Shown in pieces: positions 29,093-38,511 of a stretch of 64,000 nt of DNA. Numbering within the stretch: the stretch's first letter is position 1; each line of letters opens with the position of its first letter. A program made the translations under genes and the position numbers. Where the stretch lies: NCBI GenBank assembly GCA_026991225.1, contig JALXCB010000054.1, forward strand, positions 4,277 to 68,276. The letters run 5' to 3'. The stretch is from Anaerolineae bacterium. Lineage in GTDB: Bacteria; Chloroflexota; Anaerolineae; J102. Under the pieces are notes generated by a model that was given only the letters and a program-made list of their open reading frames with translations, was not told where the DNA came from and did no database searches.

Positions 29093-29275
29093 ATGGCCAA
29101 GTGCGAAATTTGCGGACGCGGTCCTCAATTCGGCAACCATGTCAGCTTCTCGCAGCGCCACGTCAAGCGCCGCTTCAACGCCAACGTGCAAAAGCGTAAG
29201 GTGCTCATCAACGGGAAGATGCGTCGGGTGCACATCTGCACCAGTTGTCTGAAGACCCTGTCCAAGACCGCATGA
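29093..29275 (+). CDS. rpmB: 50S ribosomal protein L28 (bL28, Zn-ribbon C+ form)
   Basis: 'MAKCEICGRGPQFGNHVSFSQRHVKRRFNANVQKR...CTSCLK', 60 aa, four Cys. Confidence 0.9.
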   Translation: MAKCEICGRGPQFGNHVSFSQRHVKRRFNANVQKRKVLINGKMRRVHICTSCLKTLSKTA

Positions 29276-29331
29276 AGCAGTCGCCAATTCCGACCAGGGA
29301 TTGGCGATTTTGCTTTGGGGGCCCGTTTATT

Positions 29332-29883
29332 TTACTCCTCACCGTCCAATTCACAAAGGATGAGGTTTCGGGCGTCGTTGGGAGTGACTTCCACCAATTG
29401 CAGGGCGCGGGCGTGGGCCTGGATGGGCAGGGGCATGTCCCAGGCCAGAGCGAGGATGCCGAGGGCCTGTTCGGGGGTCAGATCGAAAGCCAGGGTGACG
29501 TGAGGCGTCCATTGGCTGGGCGCATAATAACCCCGCCAATCGGTCGCCAGCCGTTGACACAGCCCGAACGCGGCTTGATGCAGGTCCAACAGGGTCTGCG
29601 AAGGGACGACGCCCAGGAAGACAACGTTATCGATGGTCTGAAACAGACCGAGATGGTTGAGCTGGATGGGGAAGGGGTCCCAGCCCCGGGCGAAATCCGC
29701 CAGCCGGGCCCGACAACCGCCCACATCGAAAGCGGGAGCGTCGGAGACGGCCAGGGTGATGTGCGGGCGATAGCCATCCGCATCCTGCGAAGAGGGATAA
29801 CCCGCGTCGGCAATGCGCCGCCACAGGCCGCGGATGGCGGCTTCGGCCTCGAGATTGAAAAGAAGCTCGATGACGTAGGACAT
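29332..29883 (-). CDS. 2H phosphoesterase / 2'-5' RNA ligase (LigT-like) family protein
   Basis: Two H-x-T-x motifs ('HITLA', 'HVTLA'), about 183 aa. Start refined to MSYVIEL. Confidence 0.7.
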   Translation of the reverse strand: MSYVIELLFNLEAEAAIRGLWRRIADAGYPSSQDADGYRPHITLAVSDAPAFDVGGCRARLADFARGWDPFPIQLNHLGLFQTIDNVVFLGVVPSQTLLDLHQAAFGLCQRLATDWRGYYAPSQWTPHVTLAFDLTPEQALGILALAWDMPLPIQAHARALQLVEVTPNDARNLILCELDGEE

Positions 29884-30064
29884 GGTGAAGCCTCTTACTG
29901 CGGAAAGATTGGAATCATGATACGATAACTCTTGGAAATCTAAAATCTGGCTTCCTGCGTAATGCGTTTGTAAGAATTGCTGATTACAGTTAGGTTGAAG
30001 CGGCAACCATGCGTCGCTCTTGCCCTTACTGTTCACTGCCGACGCAACCCTGATTGCAAAGAGC

Positions 30065-30199
30065 AGTAACTACTAAGGTCGTCACCCGAAAACCACTAAG
30101 AACACGAAGATACAAAGGCACAAAGGGAAATTTATACATTTTTTCTTCGTGTTCTTTGTGCCCTTTGTGGTTTGTTAACCGGGGTACGTTATCAGTTAC
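30065..30199. mobile_element. MITE family A (A2 'cacaaag' subtype) with TSD
   Basis: TIRs CAGTAACTACTAAGG.../...GTACGTTATCAGTTAC. Flanking direct 'caaagag'. Confidence 0.8.
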
Positions 30200-30212
30200 A
30201 AAGAGCAACACC

Positions 30213-31193
30213 ATGTCCTATCCCAAAATTCCCTCTTCCGAAATCACGCCCGAACACCTCTATCGATCCCGACGCCGATTCATGAAAGGCGCGGGCTTCG
30301 TAGCCATGACCGCGCTGCTGGCGGCCTGCGGCGTCCCCGGCCTGAGCGGCAAGGAAGCCTCCGAATCCGCCCTCCCCGGCGCTGGGGCCACGCCCGGCGC
30401 GGTTCCGCCCACGCCCCTCGCGGGCCTCACCGACGAATTGGGCGATCCCGCCAACTCCTGGGATGAAATCACCCACTACAACAACTTCTACGAGTTCACC
30501 ACCAAGAAGACCAAGGTCGCCCAGATGGCGGAAGGTTACCCCACCGAGCCCTGGAAAGTGGAAGTGGGCGGTCTGGTGGAGCATCCCCGCACCTTCGACA
30601 TCGACGACCTGCGCAAGTTTGGGGAAGAGGAGCGCATCTACCGTCTGCGCTGCGTCGAGGCCTGGTCCATGGTCATCCCCTGGGTGGGATTTCCCCTCTC
30701 CCGACTTCTGAAAGAAGTCAAGCCCCTTTCCAAGGCCAAATACGTCCGCTTTCAAACCATTTATGATCCTGAGCGGATGCCCGGCCAGCGCAACAAAGTC
30801 TATCAGTGGCCCTACATCGAGGGCCTGCGCATGGATGAAGCCATGCACGATCTCACGCTGTTGGCCACAGGGCTTTATGGCAAGCCCCTGCCCATGCAGA
30901 GCGGCGCGCCCGTACGCCTGGTCGTGCCCTGGAAGTACGGCTTCAAGAGCATCAAGTCCATCGTCAAGATCGATTTGGTGGAGGAGATGCCCATCTCCCT
31001 GTGGATGGCAGCCGCGCCCAACGAATACGGTTTCTACGCCAACGTCAATCCCGAAGTCAACCATCCCCGCTGGTCGCAACGCACCGAACGACGCATTGGC
31101 GAACGCAAGCGTCGGGAAACCCTCATGTTCAACGGCTATGCCGAGCAGGTGGCTTCTCTCTACGCGGGCATGGACCTGAGGAAGCATTTCTGA
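30213..31193 (+). CDS. msrP: protein-methionine-sulfoxide reductase catalytic subunit MsrP (YedY, Mo-cofactor)
   Basis: Tat-like 'RRRFMKGAG' signal, sulfite-oxidase-family Mo-binding domain. Confidence 0.85.
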   Translation: MSYPKIPSSEITPEHLYRSRRRFMKGAGFVAMTALLAACGVPGLSGKEASESALPGAGATPGAVPPTPLAGLTDELGDPANSWDEITHYNNFYEFTTKKTKVAQMAEGYPTEPWKVEVGGLVEHPRTFDIDDLRKFGEEERIYRLRCVEAWSMVIPWVGFPLSRLLKEVKPLSKAKYVRFQTIYDPERMPGQRNKVYQWPYIEGLRMDEAMHDLTLLATGLYGKPLPMQSGAPVRLVVPWKYGFKSIKSIVKIDLVEEMPISLWMAAAPNEYGFYANVNPEVNHPRWSQRTERRIGERKRRETLMFNGYAEQVASLYAGMDLRKHF

Positions 31194-31196
31194 CCC

Positions 31197-31865
31197 ATGG
31201 CATCCCGAATTCCCAATCGAATCACGATTTTCCGCGTGCTGGTCCATCTGGCCGCGCTGGCCCCTCTGGCCGTGCTGCTGTGGGATATGTGGGAGGGCAA
31301 TCTGTCGGTGAATCCCATCCAGGATATCACCTTCCGCACAGGCAAGGCCGCAATGGTGCTGTTGACCTTCAGTCTGGCGGCCACGCCCGTCGTCATCGTG
31401 TTCGGCTTCAAGGGCGCGCGCCAGGTGCGACGGGCTCTGGGCCTCTACGCCTTTCTCTACGCCGCACTCCATTTCCTCACCTACGCCTGGCTCGATTACG
31501 GCTGGGACCTGTATCTCATCCGGCTGGAGATAACAGAAAAGCTCTACGTGCTGGTGGGGTTTGCGGCCTTCCTCATCCTCATTCCCCTGGCCGTCACCTC
31601 CACCAAGGGCTGGCAGCGCCGCCTGAAGAAGGGCTGGATCAGGCTGCACAAGCTGGTGTACGCCGCGGGCGTGCTGGTCATGCTGCATTACATTTGGGTG
31701 CAGAAGGCCGATATTCGTCAGCCCCTGGCCTGGACCCTCTTCCTGGCGCTGTTGCTCATCGTGCGCCTTCCGCCCGTGCGCCGCTGGTTCACCCGACGTC
31801 GGACCCGCAAAGCTGTCAGCAGACGTTCCTCTCGCCCCGCGACGAAATTAGAGACATCGAACTAA
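31197..31865 (+). CDS. msrQ: MsrQ haem-binding membrane subunit (YedZ)
   Basis: 6-TM ferric-reductase-like protein immediately after msrP; conserved His in TM helices. Confidence 0.85.
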   Translation: MASRIPNRITIFRVLVHLAALAPLAVLLWDMWEGNLSVNPIQDITFRTGKAAMVLLTFSLAATPVVIVFGFKGARQVRRALGLYAFLYAALHFLTYAWLDYGWDLYLIRLEITEKLYVLVGFAAFLILIPLAVTSTKGWQRRLKKGWIRLHKLVYAAGVLVMLHYIWVQKADIRQPLAWTLFLALLLIVRLPPVRRWFTRRRTRKAVSRRSSRPATKLETSN

Positions 31866-31919
31866 ACTTTTACCAGACCTCCGGGAGGTGGGGGAAAAGA
31901 CGCCTGATTATTACTTACG

Positions 31920-32060
31920 GGCAGCCAACGACGTGATGCGTGATGCGTAATGCGTAACGACCTCACGGATCACGCATCACGCATTACACCCTTTGCATAC
32001 TCGGCCAACGTCGGCCTGGCGGCCTTTTGCAACCAACGCCAACGCGACGATCACGGCAGA
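31920..32060. repeat. REP-like palindromic element (family B)
   Basis: 'cgtgatgcgtgatgcgtaatgcgtaacgacctcacggatcacgcatcacgcattac...ttttgcaaccaacgccaacgcgacg'. Confidence 0.75.
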
Positions 32061-32827
32061 CGCAACCGATCCCCTGGCAGGGGGGCCAGGATCCGCCCGT
32101 CGAAGCGCTCCCTTGCTTCCTTAATCCACACCTCGGGATCGCCAGCCAGGCGGTGCACCATGGCCAGGGTCTTCACGCCCGCTTCCGCGGCGACGCGGCC
32201 CGCCTCCCGGGCAGAGGTGTGATTCCCTACCGTGGTCTGGCCCAGGCTCTCGGCTGCGGTGGCCTCGTGGATGAGCAGATCCGCGCCCTGGGCCAGGTCG
32301 ACCACCGCCTGCGTGGGCCGGGTGTCGCCCGAATAGACGATGCTGAATCCGGGCGCCGCGTCGGTGGGAGCGAAGTCGAACCGGGCCGCGTAGGCAGGGA
32401 CTTCGGGCGCGTGGGCCGCGCGGGCCAGGGTGATGCTGATGTCATCCACCACGGGCACGGGCTCGCTTTTGCCTTCCTCCAGGAAGAGAAAAGCCAGCTC
32501 ATCGGCCACCTTGGGCAGATAGTTGGGATAGACGACTTCCATGAGCATGAACCAGGCTTCGATCACAGGCTCCGCGGCCATGAGATAGCGCATGCGGTGG
32601 TAGAAAAGGAAGATGGGGCTGCCCAGGATGTGGTCGCCATGCTGATGGCTGAAGTAGATGTGGGTGATCTGGTCGGGCGAGACGCCCACGCGGTCAAGCT
32701 GCATCATCACCGCGGGGCCCGCGTCCAGCAAGATGCGCGCGGGCCCGTGTTTGATGAGCATGGCGGTGTGGTCACCGGGCCGATCGGGCATGATGGCGCC
32801 GGTTCCGAGGAAGATGAGTTCGGTCAT
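32051..32827 (-). CDS. MBL-fold metallo-hydrolase
   Basis: 'HQHGDH' metallo-beta-lactamase motif. Start refined to MTELIFLGTG. Confidence 0.75.
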   Translation of the reverse strand: MTELIFLGTGAIMPDRPGDHTAMLIKHGPARILLDAGPAVMMQLDRVGVSPDQITHIYFSHQHGDHILGSPIFLFYHRMRYLMAAEPVIEAWFMLMEVVYPNYLPKVADELAFLFLEEGKSEPVPVVDDISITLARAAHAPEVPAYAARFDFAPTDAAPGFSIVYSGDTRPTQAVVDLAQGADLLIHEATAAESLGQTTVGNHTSAREAGRVAAEAGVKTLAMVHRLAGDPEVWIKEARERFDGRILAPLPGDRLRLP

Positions 32828-32879
32828 GGTTGCTAATGGGAGCAGGATTGGGATTGAGGCTCGCCGTGTCAGGGTTCGA

Positions 32880-32990
32880 GGCGGCAAGGGGCGTGATGCG
32901 TGAAAACGTGAAACGTGAGGACTTTACGCATTACGCATTAGCATCACGCCGTTGGCTTTCCGCGCCAAAGGGACGCCGGTCGCGCCCCTT
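32880..32990. repeat. REP-like palindromic element (family B)
   Basis: 'gcgtgatgcgtgaaaacgtgaaacgtgaggactttacgcattacgcattagcatcacgccgttggctttccgcgcc'. Confidence 0.7.
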
Positions 32991-32999
32991 CGACGCTCT

Positions 33000-34490
33000 T
33001 TACAACTTCTCCAACAGGCCCGTGCGGCGGTTGAACTCCTCGATGAGGGCGTCCAGCTCCTCCACATGCCCGTGGATGCTGCCCCAATAGTCCTCGTAAT
33101 CGTACCACTGGGCCTGTATCTCTTCGAAGGTCTTGCCCTGCTGTTCGACCCAGGTGTAGTACTTGAGGTTGTGGATGCGTTTGCGGTCGTAGTGGCGGGT
33201 TTCCAGCATGTGATCGACGTCGATGCCCTCCAGCCACTCGGCCCAGGCGGCGATGGCGTCCTCGCGGGTGAACTCGCCCCGCTCCTCGCGCAGCTCGCGC
33301 AGACGGCTCTGATACATTTCCATGGAGTCGGTGGCCACGGTCAGGATCACGTCGTTGGGGCCCAGTTCGTAGTACTTGGCGAACTTGATAGCGGAGATCA
33401 TGTTGGCCACGCTGGAAATGCCCAACAGATCCAGCTTCTCCACGAAGTCCGCGGGCACGCCCTTTTCAACCAGATATTCCTTGCCTTCAGGCTCGTTGAA
33501 CAGGCGGATCAGCGACATGGGGCCTTCGTCATCGATGGCCATGACCATGTCCGTGTTGCGCACGTTGTGAATCCAGGGCACGTGCTTATCGCCGATGCCC
33601 TCGATGCGATGGGAGCCGAAGCCGTTTTCCAACAGGGTGGGGCATTGCAGAGCCTCGCTGGCCGCGATCTTGCTGGTGGGGAACTGCTCTTTCATGTAGT
33701 CGCCGCTGGCGATGGTGCCTGCGGAGCCCGTAGTGAGGACGAGGCCCCGATACTGGTCGCGGGGGCCCATCTCCTGCTCCAGCACCTCGACCATGGCCGG
33801 GCCGGTGATCTCATAGTGCCACAGGTAGTTGCCGAACTCGTCGAACTGGTTGAAGATGACCAGAGGCTCGCCCGAGGCCCGCAGCTCGTTGCATTTGTCG
33901 AAGATCTCCTTGACGTTGCTCTCAGTGCCGGGCGTGGCGATGATCTCCCCAGCAACGGACTCCAGCCACTCGAAACGCTCGCGGCTCATGCCCTCGGGCA
34001 AGATGGCCACCGATTCACAGCCCAGCAGGTTGGAGTCGTAGGCGCCGCCGCGGCAGTAATTGCCCGTGGAGGGCCACACCGCCTTGTGGTAGGTGGGATC
34101 GAACTGGCCCGTGGTCAGCCGGGGGACGAGGCAGCCGAAGGCTGCGCCCACCTTGTGCGCGCCCGTGGGGAACCACTTGCCGATAAGGGTGATGATGCGG
34201 GCCTCGACGCCGGTCAACTCGCTGGGATATTCCATGTAGTTGACGCCGTTGAAGCCGCCGCCGAAGGGCACGGGCTCGTTCTTCCAGGTGATGCGGAAGA
34301 GATTGAGGGGATTCAGGTCCCACAGGCCCACGTTCTTCAGCTTTTCCTTGATCTTGTCGGGAATCAGCTCGGGATGGCGCTGCTGTTGGAAGGTGGGGAT
34401 GATGATGTTGCGTTCGCGGGCGCGCTCGATAGCGTGCTCCAGCCAGGTTTCGTTGTGAATGCTGAGGTCAATCAGGTTGTATTTTGACAT
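33000..34490 (-). CDS. PLP-dependent enzyme of the tryptophan-synthase-beta-like (fold type II) superfamily, unusual 496-aa architecture
   Basis: 'PTGAHKVGAAFG' PLP-lysine region and 'STGNYCRGGAY' glycine loop, with N- and C-terminal extensions. Precise family uncertain. Confidence 0.55.
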   Translation of the reverse strand: MSKYNLIDLSIHNETWLEHAIERARERNIIIPTFQQQRHPELIPDKIKEKLKNVGLWDLNPLNLFRITWKNEPVPFGGGFNGVNYMEYPSELTGVEARIITLIGKWFPTGAHKVGAAFGCLVPRLTTGQFDPTYHKAVWPSTGNYCRGGAYDSNLLGCESVAILPEGMSRERFEWLESVAGEIIATPGTESNVKEIFDKCNELRASGEPLVIFNQFDEFGNYLWHYEITGPAMVEVLEQEMGPRDQYRGLVLTTGSAGTIASGDYMKEQFPTSKIAASEALQCPTLLENGFGSHRIEGIGDKHVPWIHNVRNTDMVMAIDDEGPMSLIRLFNEPEGKEYLVEKGVPADFVEKLDLLGISSVANMISAIKFAKYYELGPNDVILTVATDSMEMYQSRLRELREERGEFTREDAIAAWAEWLEGIDVDHMLETRHYDRKRIHNLKYYTWVEQQGKTFEEIQAQWYDYEDYWGSIHGHVEELDALIEEFNRRTGLLEKL

Positions 34491-34554
34491 GGTAGGTATG
34501 GTTGAACTATGGGAGCTGATTGACTGACAAAACGCGTTTTGGTCTGCTGTGGCC

Positions 34555-34695
34555 GCCTATGCTGTCGACTGAAGTCGTACCATTCCAGGCCTGCGGCCAG
34601 TGGACGGCCTCCGCCGTCCATGTTCATGATGGAAATCAGGTCGACGAAGGTCGACCACAGGCGCGAAGCGCCTGAAGAGTCCGAGTTTACTCGGT
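34555..34695. repeat. multi-hairpin repeat (family G), inverted copy 2
   Basis: Reverse complement of 2105-2260, with the same three palindromes. Confidence 0.7.
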
Positions 34696-34740
34696 GAATA
34701 TGGTCGGAAAGGAAAGACTCAAGATTTGTCAGTCAACCAG

Positions 34741-35280
34741 CTATGGGAGAATTGTGAAGAATGGCGTGTGTTTTGGGCGAACGATGAGAAAATCGCGGCG
34801 ATCGACGGTCAGAATGTGCCGGACGTGCAGCCGTTCGGCCAGGGCGACAATGCTTGCATCGACGAAGTCAAGGTTTGCATCGGCATATTCGGCCAAAAGT
34901 GCGTTGATGCGAGGCAAGTCATCAGGCTCCAACGTGACCAGGACGAGATCGGCAAGGAGGTTTTTCAAATCGCTCATATGGAGAAGCCGACAAAGAAACG
35001 TCATTCCGAGGGAGCGAAGCGACCGAGGAATCTAGCGAAGCGCAAAATCCACGACATGACGTAACCCATGTTGGGAATTCCAATATGAGCGTTTCAAATA
35101 GAACCTCATTCGCGCATGACCCAATCGCGCCTGCAGAAGGTAAGCCAGTTCTACGATGACCGTATCGGGCAGCAGGGGTTCCAGGCCGGGCGTTTGCAGG
35201 GTCTGGACAGCGTCCCGATGCTGGGCATCACCGGCATCGAAGAGCGCGTACAAAAAGCCGGTGTCGACCAACGCGATCAT
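34741..35280 (-). pseudogene. vapC: PIN-domain VapC toxin interrupted by an in-frame TAG
   Basis: N-terminal 82 aa 'MIALVDTGFLYALFDAGDAQH' and C-terminal 87 aa '...DFVDASIVALAERLHVRHILTVDRRDF' are in the same frame, separated by a TAG at about 35029-35031, with an aberrant roughly 50-aa middle segment. Confidence 0.6.
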
Positions 35281-35576
35281 GGCGTTTCTGTCTGCTCATA
35301 CTTTTGCAAGATGGCTTGGGCGACGATCTCATGAACGCGTTCCGATGTGTCGCTATGACCCGAGTTGGCTGTGCCAGCCAATCTTTTCAGCGCCTCGACG
35401 CCGCGGCCGCGTTTCGGTGCGGTCAATTCGAAAGGAATGGCCCGCCGATGGACAACCTGGCGCAGGTACAACGTGATGGCCTGGGACGTGGTCAAGCCGA
35501 TTTGTGAAAATATCTCCTCGGCTTCTTCTTTTAGTTCAGGATCGACGCGGGCGGTGATGACAGCGGTTTTGGGCAT
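35277..35576 (-). CDS. RelB/DinJ-family (ribbon-helix-helix) antitoxin
   Basis: 'MPKTAVITARVDPELKEEAEEIFSQIGLTTSQAITLYLRQVV'. Perfect AAGGAGG SD. 4-nt overlap with the PIN gene. Confidence 0.75.
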   Translation of the reverse strand: MPKTAVITARVDPELKEEAEEIFSQIGLTTSQAITLYLRQVVHRRAIPFELTAPKRGRGVEALKRLAGTANSGHSDTSERVHEIVAQAILQKYEQTETP

Positions 35577-35646
35577 GAGTTTGACCTCCTTGTATGGCAT
35601 TTGTGTAATTATCGTATCACGAAACGCCATACAATGTCAATCAGTT

Positions 35647-35791
35647 TGTAACTGCTAAGGTAGTTGGCCCCAATCGCCCCTTTTTTGCCACGAAGACACG
35701 AAGGAAACGAAGGCGCGAAGTCATTCAAAAAAGATTTTATCCGTGTTTCCTCGTATCCGTGTCGAATGAACAGGGCTACGTTAGCAGTTAC
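35647..35791. mobile_element. MITE family A, second essentially identical full copy
   Basis: Base-for-base match to 18365-18508 (145 vs 144 bp). Confidence 0.85.
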
Positions 35792-35832
35792 ATCATTTTG
35801 CGTATTTCATGCCCGAAGCGACTGAACACTAC

Positions 35833-37086
35833 TCACTGTCCCAGCGCCCGCTTCACGTCCTCCAGACTCGGGCGAACGTGATGGGGTTGTGCGCTCGTCA
35901 GCTCGGCCGCCTTCATGGCGCTGGCCACGTCCTTTAGACCGCTGCCCGTGCTCAGGACGACGATGCGCTCCTCGGGCGAGACCAGGCCCAGATCGACGGC
36001 CTTGCGCAGGCCCGCATACGCGGCCGCGGCCGCGGGCTCGGCGAACACGCCCGTCTTCTGCGCCAGCTCGGGGATGGCGGCCAGAATGGCTTCGTCGCTG
36101 ACGGTGACGAACGCGCCGTCGCTCTCCCGCACCGCGCGCATGGCCTTCAGCCGGTCCCGTGGCAGGCCCGCGCTGATGCTGTCGGCCACGCTGTGAGCCT
36201 GGATGGGCGGTTTCGTCAGCACGTCCTCGCCCTTCTCCCAGGCTTCGGCCAGGTAGTTGCTGCCCTCGGCCTGCACGCCGATGATGCGAGGCATGTGGTC
36301 GATCCAGCCGAGCTGCATCAGATCGTACAGGCCTTTGTACACGCCGCCGATGATGCAGCCATCTCCCACGCTGACGAAGATGACGTCGGGTGCATCCCAG
36401 CCGAGCTGCTCGCAGATCTCGTAGCTGACGGTCTTCTTGCCCTCGGACATGTAGGGGTTGTAGCCCGTGTTGCGGTTGTACCACCCGAACGCGTCCGCGG
36501 CCTCCAGGCAGAGCTCGAAGGCGTCGTCATACGTGCCGTCCACCAGCATGACCGTGGAGCCGAAGGTGAGAAGCTGCGCGATCTTGGCCTGGGGCGCGCT
36601 GGCCGGGACGAAGATGACGTTGGGTTGATCGACGCTGGCGGCCAGGCCGCTGAGTGCGGCCGCGGCGTTGCCCGTGCTGGCCGTGGTGATGACCTTCGCC
36701 CCCATCTCTTGCGCTTTGACGATGGCGATGGCGCTGGCCCGGTCCTTGAAGGACGCAGTGGGTTCCCGACCGTCATCCTTCACCCACACATGCTTCAGGC
36801 CCAGGCCCGCGGCCAGCCGCGGCGCGTCGTACAGCGGCGTCCCGCCCACGGTCAGGGGCGGTACGGCCGCGTCGGGCGCCACCGGCAGCATGGGCTTGTA
36901 GCGCCAGATGGTGGGGTCGGGATTTTCGGCCAGGGATGCGGGCGTGATGGCCTGGGCGATGGCGTCGTAATCGTACACCACGTCCAGAATGCCTTCGTTG
37001 CCGTGGTCGGGGCAAACGTACTTCACCTCATCGGGCTGATAGGTCTTGCCGCAGATCATGCACTGGAGGTATTTGATGTGAGGCAT
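35833..37086 (-). CDS. thrC: threonine synthase (Zn-ribbon N-terminal type)
   Basis: 'CMICGKTYQPDEVKYVCPDHG' ribbon, 'TASFKDRASAIAI' PLP motif, 'TASTGNAAAAL'. Track ORF over-extended through a REP ('MAILRITHHALR'). Confidence 0.85.
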   Translation of the reverse strand: MPHIKYLQCMICGKTYQPDEVKYVCPDHGNEGILDVVYDYDAIAQAITPASLAENPDPTIWRYKPMLPVAPDAAVPPLTVGGTPLYDAPRLAAGLGLKHVWVKDDGREPTASFKDRASAIAIVKAQEMGAKVITTASTGNAAAALSGLAASVDQPNVIFVPASAPQAKIAQLLTFGSTVMLVDGTYDDAFELCLEAADAFGWYNRNTGYNPYMSEGKKTVSYEICEQLGWDAPDVIFVSVGDGCIIGGVYKGLYDLMQLGWIDHMPRIIGVQAEGSNYLAEAWEKGEDVLTKPPIQAHSVADSISAGLPRDRLKAMRAVRESDGAFVTVSDEAILAAIPELAQKTGVFAEPAAAAAYAGLRKAVDLGLVSPEERIVVLSTGSGLKDVASAMKAAELTSAQPHHVRPSLEDVKRALGQ

Positions 37087-37124
37087 ACTTTTTAGAGATC
37101 TATGTAAAGCGTAAGTTGGATGAG

Positions 37125-37235
37125 TCAACAAGGGTCGTAATGCGTGATGCGTAATCCGTAAGATTGCCACGCATCACGCATCACGTTTCATAGACTGGCG
37201 TCCGCGCCAGTCGGGCGCCTCTGGCCAGGGACGTC
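37125..37235. repeat. REP-like palindromic element (family B)
   Basis: 'gtcgtaatgcgtgatgcgtaatccgtaagattgccacgcatcacgcatcacg...gcgtccgcgccagtcgggcgcc'. Confidence 0.7.
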
Positions 37236-37249
37236 AACCCATCCAGATG

Positions 37250-38203
37250 CTAGTCCATCACAATATGCGTGCCCGCTTCACCCAACAACGCCTTAGCCAG
37301 ATTAGGCGGGTCGGTGATGATGGCCCGCTTGCCGCCGTGTTCCAGGAAGTCGATGCAGGCTTCCACTTTGGGCAACATGCTGCCGGGTGCGAAATGCCCT
37401 TCCGCCATGTATTGCTTCATCTCCGACACGGTGACCTCATCCAGCCATTTCTGGTTGGGCTTGTTGAAATTGATGGCCACCTTGGGCACCGCCGTGGAGA
37501 TGACCAGCAAATCCGCCTGGATATCCTTGGCCAGCAGGGCGCTGGCTCGATCCTTGTCGATGACCGCGGGAGGCGCGGGCGCCAGGAAGCCTTCGTCGTC
37601 GCGGATGACGGGGATGCCTCCTCCGCCTACGGCGACGACGATCCAGCCTTCGTTCACCGAGGATTTGATGGCGTTGAGTTCGATGATCTCCAGGGGTTTA
37701 GGGCTGGCGATGACGCGACGGTAACCCCGCCCCGCATCCTCGACCACCTGCCATCCCATCTCCTCGAAGGTTTTCGCTTCTTCCTGGGTCATAAAACCGC
37801 CGATGGGTTTGGTGGGGTTTTGGAAGGCGGGGTCGTTTTTATCCACCAGCACCTGGGTGACGATGGTGATGGCCCGGCGATAGAGCCCCCGGCGCTGGAA
37901 TTCATTGTCCATGGATTGCTGGATCATATAGCCGATGGAGCCTTGCGTATCCGCGCCGATGAGGTCCAGGGTGACGGGATGGACTTCGGGCATGGCCAGC
38001 TCGGCCCGGCGCAGGATGAACCCCACCTGCGGGCCGTTGCCGTGGGTGATCACTGTGTCCCAGCCGTGTTCCACGAGATCGGCGATATGGGTGCTGGTTT
38101 CTTTTACTGCGGCCCATTGGTGTTCGATTTGGGGATGATGCTTGTCCGGGATGAGGGAGTTGCCGCCGATGGCGATGACGGCGGTGCCTTTACGTTCGGT
38201 CAT
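37250..38203 (-). CDS. arcC: carbamate kinase
   Basis: 'AVIAIGGNSL...VITHGNGPQVG' amino-acid-kinase family, 317 aa. Confidence 0.85.
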   Translation of the reverse strand: MTERKGTAVIAIGGNSLIPDKHHPQIEHQWAAVKETSTHIADLVEHGWDTVITHGNGPQVGFILRRAELAMPEVHPVTLDLIGADTQGSIGYMIQQSMDNEFQRRGLYRRAITIVTQVLVDKNDPAFQNPTKPIGGFMTQEEAKTFEEMGWQVVEDAGRGYRRVIASPKPLEIIELNAIKSSVNEGWIVVAVGGGGIPVIRDDEGFLAPAPPAVIDKDRASALLAKDIQADLLVISTAVPKVAINFNKPNQKWLDEVTVSEMKQYMAEGHFAPGSMLPKVEACIDFLEHGGKRAIITDPPNLAKALLGEAGTHIVMD

Positions 38204-38224
38204 GGGGGTGCTCCTGCTATGAAA

Positions 38225-38260
38225 ATAGAGTAATCAGTGATCAGTTATCAGTAATCAGTA
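38225..38260. repeat. CAGTAAT heptamer tandem (4-5 units)
   Basis: 'gtaatcagtgatcagttatcagtaatcagtagg', 20-55 nt upstream of the arcC start on its coding strand. Confidence 0.65.
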
Positions 38261-38274
38261 GGAATCTGCGTTGC

Positions 38275-38480
38275 ATCTGCGTTCCCATTTTCATCGGTAT
38301 CGGCGCGCCGTCGCGCGCGTCGCCTGCTTTGAAAATAGGATCAGGATCAGGATTGAGGATCGTCAGGACAACGTTGGGCGAGTCTGCACCGAACGTGATG
38401 CGTGAAAACGTGAAACGTGAGATCGTTACGCATCACGCATGACGCATTACGTGACTAGCTTCCCGCGCCAACCTGGCTGG
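38275..38480. repeat. composite REP-like element (family B/E), inverted, with hexamer tandem
   Basis: 'cattttcatcggtatcggcgcgccgtcgcgcgcgtcgcc...ggatcaggatcaggattgaggatcg...gtgatgcgtgaaaacgtgaaacgtgagatcgttacgcatcacgcatgacgcattacg...cttcccgcgcc'. Reverse complement of the 42600-42800 element. Confidence 0.8.
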
Positions 38481-38511
38481 CAATGACTTACTGCTGACGG
38501 ATAACTGTCCT

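Noticed and set aside
32952-34487. 511-aa plus-strand ORF
   Set aside because: Antisense to the PLP-dependent enzyme gene. Low-complexity Ala/Gly/Val/Asp composition.
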